Shown here: one piece after another, positions 54,972-64,000 of the stretch
Numbering within the stretch: the first letter of the stretch is position 1
Layout: each line of letters begins with the position of its first letter
From: Octopus vulgaris
Lineage: Eukaryota
Direction: 5' to 3'
Assembly: GCA_951406725.2 (NCBI GenBank)
Contig: OX597818.1
Location: forward strand, 103,664,001 to 103,728,000
DNA length: 64,000 bases
Made by a program: the position numbers and the translations under genes
Notes under the pieces: generated by a model
The model's input: only the letters and a program-made list of their open reading frames with translations
Databases searched by the model: none
Told to the model about the DNA's origin: nothing

Positions 54972-55479
54972 AACTGATAGAATAGCATTAACAAAATAAG
55001 GTAATACGCATTAATACCCTAGCTGCCTCGGTAACAATTTTAATCACGATTTTGTTAATTGGAAGTTAAATGAATATGGCAAGTGTAAAAGGCTAGCAAA
55101 GTAACTACATTTAGAATGTATCGCCAATAATTCCTGGTAGAGAATTATATTTACGGCAAATGCAGCATAGAAGTGAATTATGCAACTACAAAACTATTAT
55201 GCAACATCGAACGGAACATTGCAAAAATATTTAGGAAATAATTGCAGAAAAATTAATAAAACAGGTAGGGCACACGGACAAGACAAATGACGGTTTCCGT
55301 CTTCATGGGGATCAAAACATACAAAGTATAAACCTAAATGAAGGAAGTGAATAAAGCCGATAAAATTTGTTACATAGGATTAATTGTCTGATAAACATTG
55401 GTTTAGAGATTATGATAATGGGTGCCAATAAAATGTTCTTCAGGTTAAATAACTGAAAAGACTGAAAAGACTAAACTGT

Positions 55480-55900
55480 GATTGATTTGACATTGCTTTT
55501 GAAGTACAGAGATAGTGAAGAGACAATTAATTGATAGCAGATGTCCAGTTTTGTCTAAGGTAGACATAAGCATTAGAGACTTTGGAGTAGCATAAACTGG
55601 AAATCAAGCCAGCATTATGGAATACGTAGAGAAATGAATTTCTTAGGTATGACAACGTAATTATATTCCAGGATATGCCATCACACATGAACAGCGGGAT
55701 AAATAGTTCTCAACAAAATATCCTTGTGAAATGTTATGAGGGAAAGAATGTTTCCTAATCGATGTAACATTTCCCCAAAATTGCAAAGGTTTTTCTTAGA
55801 AACAGAAAAGAAAATACATAAATAATACACCATGTCAGGAAACAGATATAAAATGAATGCGAAGCTAAAGGAAAAGAAATTCCTAATGTGTATAGCTATT
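55480..55900 (+). mobile_element. Highly degenerate R4/Dong-like (REL endonuclease) LINE C-terminal remnant
   Basis: Fragmentary translations EETIN..SRCPVLSK, IIFQDMPSHMNSGINSSQQNILVK and ECFLIDVTFP resemble ETIDH.SGCPVLA / ILWDMPIHTD..I.ANRPDIVV / CFLIDVSIP. Confidence 0.5.
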
Positions 55901-56588
55901 TGTCAAGAATGGAGAGAAAAATCAAGAGAATTATAAAACAAATTTATTGGATTTATATACATGCATATTCGATTTTTTCGACTAAAGGCGGCGCTCCAGC
56001 ATGGGCGTAGTCAATTGAGTCAAAACAAGTAAAACAATAAAAGAATAAAATAATTCTCAATTCACATACACCAGATGGAAAATTCAATGATCAGATGAGT
56101 AGTATGAGACGGTAAATGGCATACAGACCCATAACAAAATAATTCACTGGGTTTTCTACACTGCGCTCTCCTTTTAACTGCATTCTATTACAAATGTAAC
56201 TACGCACATTCGATCAATATTTGTACTCGTGCTCCTCCCTGCGATCTCTGCACTTTCTTCTACCTAAATTGCATCATAACCGAATGTTATATGTTTAATC
56301 TTATTTGACATACCCTCATAATGAAATTCTAACTAACAGCACCTGACTGTTTGTAGAAGATTTGTAAAAGAAGTGCTTTCTTACTCAATTTCGATTCTGA
56401 GGCTTAATTGTTCTCTCCTTCCTCCACTCCAACTCTCTCTCTCTCTCTCTCTCACACCATCGGGAGCAACCAAAGTATGTCATATACGTTCTTCATCTTT
56501 TCCTGAATAAATCGTCGGCCAAGGAGGTACACACGTCAGCTACAAAACTCTCAATTTCTATTTGTTTCGGGCAATTGTATCTTTGTGT

Positions 56589-56845
56589 AGGCGCGTGGCT
56601 TAGTGGTTACGGCGTCAGCATCATGATCGTAAGATTGTGGTTTCGATTCCTGGACCAGGCGACGCGTTGTGTTCTTGAGCAAAACACTTGATTTCACGTT
56701 GCTCCAGTCCACTCAGCTGGCAAAAATGCGTAACGTTGCGATGGACTGACGTCGCATCCAGCTGGGGAACACATACGCCACGGAAACCGGAAGACCGGAC
56801 CCACTAGCCTGGCTAGGCTTTAAAAAGGGGCAGTTATTTATTTAT
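56589..56845 (+). mobile_element. SINE family D copy
   Basis: GGCGCGTGGCTTAGTGGTTACGGCG...GGTTTCGATTCC, then TTGAGCAAAACACTT..GCTCCAGTCCACTCAGCTG, and a (TTA/TTTA)n tail. Confidence 0.75.
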
Positions 56846-56884
56846 TTATTTAATTGCATCTTTGAGTCACAACAGTAGTAAAGT

Positions 56885-57279
56885 ATTTTTGCTGCCGTTG
56901 CTTTTGCTGTTGAGCGAACGGTCTTCATCTCAGAGCTCACACGATGGGAGAAGTCCGAAACCTGGTCCTTTGCTATTCGTAAGACCCGCAGAAGAGAAAG
57001 CAGGTCAACCCCTGACACTGAAAGCATCGACGGGTGGATGAATGCGCATCCAGGCTCAGCGGTTGCGTAGGAAGTCGGGGACAAGAAACAGGAAGGAAGA
57101 GTGAGAGAAAGTTGGAGCGAAAGAGCACAACGGGAGCCGCCACCCACCCCCTGCCGGATCCTCGTGGAGCTTTAGGTATTTTCGCCCAATAAACACACAC
57201 AAAGCCCGGTCTGGGAATCGAAACTGCGATCCTCCGACCACGAGTCCACTGCCCTAACCACTGGGCCATTGCGCCTCCT
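56885..57279 (-). mobile_element. SINE family C copy
   Basis: Head GGAGGCGCAATGGCCCAGTGGTTAGGGCAGTGGACTCGTGGTCGG...GTTTCGATTCCC. Confidence 0.78.
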
Positions 57280-59092
57280 CCACTTGTTGCTGTTGCATTC
57301 GACTTTAAACTTTTACCTGTTGACACTTTTACCAAGCATTCATGAAAGCTCAATGATGGCTTTGACAATTATCTATATTTATGTAATTTCATATATCATA
57401 TTTGTTTTCTGTTTACTTCATTTTTCTTTTCAATCTCCTATTTCTCTCTCAATATGTACAAATTTCTTTTTGAAATGGTTTTGGACTTATTCGTAGATAC
57501 AACGTGACTACCTCATAGCTAGCTATCTTGAGACATTAGTATCCAAATTTTACAAAAACATTGAAAATATAAAATACGTCTAAAACGTTATCGTGTTCTT
57601 TGATGGCAAATTAAACCAAAAGAAGTTACTTTTTAATCATGTGAACGCAGTAAAATCTAGTTATTCTCTACAGATCTTTTTAAATATATCCGTTCATACG
57701 CTCGTTTTCCCTTCTCTTAAGGTATATTGCTGAATACCAAAATAGTAATTAAATATTCAAAGTTTTACACGCAGCACCATTGACATTATTATTTGTTAAC
57801 TTTTATTACTATTTTAGCAAATAACGTATAATTTTTTTATACATGTAGGAACTGCTGATTGCTTTTGAAATTTTAAAAATATCTACGAATATGTTTGCCA
57901 GACACTTTTCAAATGGATGCAACTACTTTGTGGAAATCTATTTCCTCTATATTATCAATACATATTTTATCACATACGAGATAATGGGTGTGTTTATTAC
58001 CTATAACGTATAAATATTTCTTCTGGATTTTCTGCCATTATTCCTGTCCCTACGCTTACTGAGAAGTAGATTATGAAGTCGGTGTGATCTGGCTGCTATA
58101 TTTAGCAGGTGTAGCGACAGCGCAATGCGTTCCCCGTTGCTTTGCGATAAAGTTATTAAGTGAAGTATGTATCCAGCATCCCTGAGTAGTTACTTAATTA
58201 ACCACCGACACAATATTAACAACAGCATGTAATACGTACTTGGCGACCAAAGTAATTCTACATTATATTTTACTTGCAGGCAAAAAGGTGTAAATTTTTA
58301 AACTCTGTGGATTAACCGATACTAGAATGGTAATTGAGAAACGTAACTGCAGGAATCTCGTTAAATTTACGTTTTAAATTAGAAGACCAGAAGGGGTTTA
58401 TAATAAATTGTTCAGTGTGGTTTATGCAACAAGGAAATGCCTTTCAATAAGTATTGTGATAATATAATAGGATAGAAATACGTGTTTTTAATAATTTAAT
58501 ATTGGGAAATACGCCCATGGAAAATGAAATTGGCGTTACTAAGAGATTGATTGCATGACACATTTGACATTATTACATTTAATATAGAGGTAAAATTGGA
58601 GTATATGGTATAGACTTCCAGGTTATCTGCGTGGGTTTCAATTACTGTAAGTTTCATTTATTTATTTGCAAAATGATTATCACCACACTACTACACAACT
58701 AAAATTATCATAAATACTAAATTCCTTCCTTTTAATTTTTAGCATTTGATTACCTAGTTTTCGCCTATTTCCCATTATCATCTCATGTGGAGGCACATGA
58801 CCTAATGGTTAGAGCAGCGGATTCGCGGTCGAGGGATCGCGGGTTCGCATCTCGGACCGGGCAATGTGTGTGTCTATGAGCGAAACAACTAAGCTCCACG
58901 CGGTTCCAGTAGAAGGTAATTTAGTAATGTATCTATATTTAGGGCAATGTATATATACAGTGTTTTCCCACATATGCAGTTGTCTTACGCCATGACTAGG
59001 CAGAGCAAAGACTAACTGTGAAGGGCAATCAGTATGATGTGTAATAGTGGTTTCTGATTGAAGCATAATAATGATAACATTGGTCTCAAACT

Positions 59093-59990
59093 CTGGCAGC
59101 GAACTGCCAAAAACGTTAGCACGCCGGGCCAAATGCTTAGCAGTATCTGAGTTCAAATTCCACTGAGGTCGACTTTCACTTTCATTCTTTCGGGGTTGGT
59201 TAAATAAGAACCAGTTACGCAGTGGGATCGAAGTAATCGGCTTAATCCCTTTGTCTGTTCCCTCTATTTTTAGCCCCTTGTGGGCAATAAATAAATTTAT
59301 ATTTTAAAGGCAGCGAGCTGGTAGAAACGTTAGCACGCCGGCGAAATGCTTAGCGTATTTCGTCTACCATTATGTTCTGAGTTTAAATTCCGCCGTGGTC
59401 GACTTTGCCTTTCGTCTTTTCGGGGTCGATAAATTAAGTACCAGTTACGCAGTGTGGTCGATGTAATCTACTTAATCCGTTTGTCTGTCCTTGTTTGTCC
59501 CCTCTATGTTTAGCCCCTTGTGGGCAATAAAGAAATAAGAAACTTTAGCACGCCGGGTAAAATGCCAAGCTGTTTTTTTTCTGCCGTTATATTCTGAGTT
59601 CAGTTCAAATTCCTCTGAGGTCGAATTTACCTTTCATTCTTTCGGGGTTAATTAAATAAATACCAGTTACGCATTGGGGTCAAAGTAATCGACTTAATCA
59701 CTTTGTCTGTCCTACTTTGTCCCCTCTATGTTTAGCCGCCAGTGGGCAATAAAGAAGTAAATTTATGTTTTAAAAGCGGCGAGCTGGCAGAAACGTTAGC
59801 AGCCCGGGCGAAAAGCTTAGCGGGTTTTTCGCCTGTCTTTACGTTCTGAGTTCAAATTTACCGGGGTCGAAGTTACTTTTTATCGTTTCGGAGTTGATAA
59901 ACTAAGTACCAGTTGTGTACTTGGGTCGATCTAATCTACTGGTCCCCTCCTCAAACATTTCTGGCCTTGTACCTAGTGTAGAAAAGAATA
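59093..59990 (+). mobile_element. Head-to-tail array of four SINE family B units
   Basis: Units start near 59093, 59306, 59540 and 59773. Each has TTAGCA(C)GCC(G)GG..GAGTT(C/T)AAATT..CTTTCATTCTTTCGG-like blocks. Confidence 0.85.
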
Positions 59991-59994
59991 TTGG

Positions 59995-60197
59995 CTTCAA
60001 ATTTAGCAGAAACCCAGAAACTTCGGAGGTGGAGCTAAATCGATTAAATTGACTCTAATACTCAACTGGTACTTATTTTATTGACACCGAAAGGATGAAA
60101 GACAAAGTGGATATTAGCGACTCTGAACCTTAAAAGTAGATGAAACTCTGGTAATCATCTTGCCCGGCATGATAACAGGTATGCTAGCTCATCACCT
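59995..60197 (-). mobile_element. SINE family B copy, tail-to-tail with the array
   Basis: CAACTGGTACTTATTTTATTGACACCGAAAGGATGAAAGACAAAGT is the reverse complement of the family B central block. Confidence 0.7.
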
Positions 60198-60327
60198 TAT
60201 ATAGCGCCGGCAATATTAAAGGCAGAGTTTAATAGATACCATTGTCCCTGTTATTTATTTTATTGGGTTCGGAAGGAAAAACAAAGAAAAAAAGTTGACC
60301 GCAGTGTCAGAATGTAAATGTCTTGAA

Positions 60328-62182
60328 CAGTGGTGTCAAGAACACGACCCGCTGAACGGTTTCATCCATCTCGCGAGATGGCTTTGAAAAGTGTAAAAAT
60401 TATATTATATATTTACTTAATTATTATTGTGAATCTTGACTGTTTGAGTATGATTGATGATGTGCCAATGATTCAGTTTCTAATAGAAAATCTCTCTTAA
60501 ATTATTTAAAGATTTGTTTAAATGTTGTATTGGAATGAATATATATTTTTGAAATTAAATGGGTGACTCATAACGTGTTTTCTTTTTTTAAGTCAACATT
60601 TCGCTCTGTCTTACATTATTCAAAATATTTTTGTCAAAAAGGAGAAAAAAAGGAAATAGCGTGTAGATTATTTCAAGTAAAGTGGTCTTCTTCCTATTTA
60701 TTCGTGGAGATCAATGGGAAACTGTGTGCTGGGTGTGTTCCCAGAAGGTTTCAGTGCTCAAAGAATATAACATTCGGCGCTACTATGAGACTCATCATGC
60801 CGACTAATAACTTTCAAGGACAAATGAGAAGAGAGAAGGCAAATAGATTGTTAGCGGATCTGAAGAAACAACCAACTGCTTCAAATCAAAGCCGAGATAT
60901 TCATTCAGTCAACAGTAAAATCTACCTACGTTGTGGATACAGAGATAACATTAAAATCAAAGCCGTAGTGTGAGGGTGAGTTCGCGAAACATGCAAACGG
61001 AAAGCTGCAGAAATTATATGCCCTCAGAAGCGACAGACTTATGCCATCTATTATCCTTACGAGAATCACTGACTTGCACAGGCAACTGAAGTATACAGTC
61101 GAGTCATTTATTGCATTTTTGGTTGTAAATGATGAGAGCACGGACATTACGGATGATGCGCCATATTCATCCGTGCTGTAGACGAGACTTTAAATGTCAC
61201 CGAGGAGTTCTTGGAGCTGGTTCCTATGATGGAGACCACAACAGCAAATGACATTTTCATCTCTCACGCTGGAGCACTGGACAGAGTCGGAGAGGACAGG
61301 CACCGTGAGGTCAGCGTATCTAGAGATGGCGCTCCATCAATGGTTGGCAAAAAAGCAGACGTTGTGACGTAGTTCAAAGAGAAAGCAGAGACTGCAACTG
61401 GAGGACATGATGCTAAAATACCCCCAATTAACAGCCCTTGCTGCGAACGTTTTGTGCATGTTCGGAAATATCTACTTTTGTGAACAAGGTTTCTCTGTAA
61501 TGAGTATCAATAACATAAAGTTGCGCTGAAGACTCACCCATAAGCACCTTAATGACGTACTGAAATTGACTGCGGCCCAGGATTTGGTGACTGATATTGA
61601 TACACGTGTGAAAAAGAAAAGATGCCCAGTTTCAGGAACACATTCAAAATAAATGATAGAAAACAATAAGTGGTTTTAAATGTTTTTCAAAAATGATTTT
61701 TTTTTTTTTATAAAGAGTATACATTTACATAGACCCGGGGCAGGCACAACTGTGAGACTGAGTGGTTCTGTTCGCAAACACGAGGTTTTAATCTCGAATT
61801 CGAACGCTATCTACGAGAAGTTTTCTACAATAGTCCCAATCAAGGGAGGGAATGTGTGAATGTAAACTGCAAATTCCCCATATATATATACATGTGTGTG
61901 TGTGTGTTTGTGTAAGTGTGTGTATGCGTATGTGTGTGTGTGTTTGTAATATCTCAGTCCTCTTTAACAGTTCCCACTTTGGCTTGTTCAATGTTTTGTA
62001 AAGGAACATTGTTCTTTAAACATTAACATTTTAAGAATGTACGTTTTTACATTAAAACAAAGGAAAATTTGGGAAATTGGTATTTATACGTTCTTATGCC
62101 ATGAGTTTATTGGTCCCGCCGGCTTGAGATCAAATGTCGGTTGAGATGTGGCCTGTGAACTAAAATGAGTTTGACAACCCTG
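60328..62182 (+). mobile_element. Degenerate hAT DNA transposon (GTF2IRD2/SPIN-like transposase)
   Basis: TIRs CAGTGGTGTCAA and TTGACAACCCTG match at 10/12, and the 8-bp flanks GTCTTGAA/GTATAGAA match at 6/8. Translations include DESTDITD..IFIRAVDETLNVTEEFLELVPMMETTTANDIF..DGAPSMVGKK and a hATC-like RLTHKHLNDVLKL. Confidence 0.85.
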
Positions 62183-63043
62183 GTATAGAACAACTACCGC
62201 ATTGTAAGTTTTCGTAAGTTTCATCGCTAATTTAACATTGTCATATTATGAACTGCATCAACTGTTTGAAACAGAGCCAACAATTTTTATGCTTAGAAAA
62301 TTTTATGGCTTAGTAAATTATATAGACCACAATATTTGACAAGTATTTTTTTTTTCTTTTTTACTGACCACAAAAATATGAAATACAAATCTGCCGTAGC
62401 GGAATTCGAACTCAGAATATAAAGAACTGAAATAGCTAAGCATTGTATCTGACGCGCAAGCGATTCTACTAGCACGTTATCTACATTCACGTAGCAATTA
62501 TCGTTAGTACTGTAGAGACAGAGCCTGAAATTTTCCTGAGTGGTACTGGTCGATGTAATCACTGGTACGTCCTTCATCGAACCCCGAGGATGTAAAGCAA
62601 AGTCAAACTAGTTGACATGTGGACACAGAACATAAGGCCAGAGGTATTGACAGAAAATAATCCCAGAAATATTGTCTATGAGCATTCTGTTCGGCGTGTT
62701 AACGATTCTGTCAGCACGCCATCTTTATTCCCACAGCATTAATAAATGAAATAACATTACAACCGGATTAATGGAGCCAACAACTCACATATTACATCAT
62801 TAAAAGCCATATAAAAACCACATCCATAATCAACCATATGGGATAATATCCAGAAATACGCCACGCATGTGGTAATAATTGTATAGATGTACGAACTCAA
62901 GCGTTTGTCGATAAGGAAAAGAACGTGATCATCGGAAATATAAAACTACACAAAATGACATAAACGAATGTAAAACACTTTTTGAATCCTGAATAAACAT
63001 CAATTGTACGATACTTACCAAGTCATAAAAATAAAATTCGCAT

Positions 63044-63425
63044 AGGCGCAGGAGTGGCTGTGTGGTAAGTAGCTTGCATACCAACCACATGCGTGGCACC
63101 TTGGACAAGTGTCTTCTACTATAGTCTCGGGCCGACCAAGGCCTTGTGAGTGGATTTGGTAGACGGAAACTGAAAGAAGCCCGTCGTATATATGTATATA
63201 TATATGTGTGCGTGTGTATGTGTGTGTGTCTGTGTTTGTCTTCCGAGCATTGCTTGACAACCGATGCTAGTGTGTTTACGTCACCGTCACTTAGCGGTTC
63301 GGCAAAAGAGACTGATAGAATAAGTACTGGGCTTACAAAGAATAAGTCTCAGGGTCGATTTGCTCAACTAAAGGCGGTTCTCCAGCATGGCCGCAGTCAA
63401 ATGACTGAAACAAGTAAAAAGAGAA
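63044..63425 (+). mobile_element. SINE family A, near full length
   Basis: Colinear with 16281-16700, with the B-box segment deleted. Confidence 0.85.
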
Positions 63426-64000
63426 TATGTCCATGATATCAAAGTGGTCATTAGAGAAAGAACCACACACACTCAGTAATATAAAAGTAGGAAATATAAT
63501 GCAAAATACACATCCACTCCGTCGGTTGTAACGAGGAATTTTCCTACTGATACGATCAACATAACAGCATACTTGCTAGAGAAATAAATGAGCAAGTGGA
63601 TGAGCCCTCCACATATACGCGTACAATTAACGTACTTCTCTAGGATATAGAATATGAAGGAAATGTGACAAAGGATGGTCATTTCAAATGCAAGTGCAAC
63701 TCATATTTGCAAGCTCAATGAACTGCAGCAAGGTAACATAATTTTGAATGTATGTAGGTATGCATGCAGGTACGTATGTATGTATGTATGTATGTAGGTA
63801 GGTAGGTAGGTAGGTAGGTAGGTAGCTAGGAAGGATGATAGGTTGCTAGGTAGGTAGGTAGGTTGGTACGTATATGTCCCTAATACAGACTGGACGAAAG
63901 TTTCTAGTTAACTGCGTCTTTCGCCGAGCTTAGTAACTAAGCTGATAGCAGAGTTGGTTAATGGTCGAATCGATTAATGTCAGTTTGTTTCCTAATGCCT

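Noticed and set aside
52002-54994. Poly-D, poly-S, poly-K, poly-R and poly-T ORFs resembling acidic or biomineral proteins
   Set aside because: They lie within triplet microsatellite fields, are open in several frames on both strands, and have no splice or domain support.
56589-57279. tRNA-like sequences with A and B boxes
   Set aside because: They continue into shared repeat bodies and lack proper acceptor stems, so they are SINE heads and not tRNA genes.
59093-59990. Regularly recurring motifs that could suggest a CRISPR-like array
   Set aside because: The whole unit of about 220 bp repeats with no unique spacers, and the context is eukaryotic SINE.
60563-60973. 136-aa ORF resembling a GTF2IRD2-like domesticated gene
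   Set aside because: It is frameshifted, has stops downstream and is enclosed by TIRs, so it is a dead hAT transposon.

Overview
This is AT-rich eukaryotic DNA, dense in microsatellites and mostly intronic or intergenic. The SINE and LINE repertoire suggests a coleoid cephalopod, probably Octopus; this is inferred from repeat families and not verified. I found no intact, identifiable protein-coding gene. Nearly all ORF-track entries are (TA)n, (CA)n, (CATA)n or triplet-repeat artefacts, or transposon remnants. Recognisable mobile elements are several Tc1/mariner elements (one near full length, 31582-32862), a hAT element with a GTF2IRD2/SPIN-like transposase, two CR1-clade LINE fragments, an R4/Dong-like LINE remnant, Penelope-like RT and GIY-YIG remnants, and more than 20 tRNA-derived SINE copies in about four families. 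The most striking signal is a dispersed set of type-I hammerhead ribozyme motifs of the Penelope pLTR type, some with variant catalytic cores, including a compensatory U3-A8 pair. Two of them cap the outer ends of a near-perfect 1.28-kb palindrome (20522-21805). A few splice-site-bounded candidate host exons are visible, and one is bracketed by a 160-bp inverted duplication.
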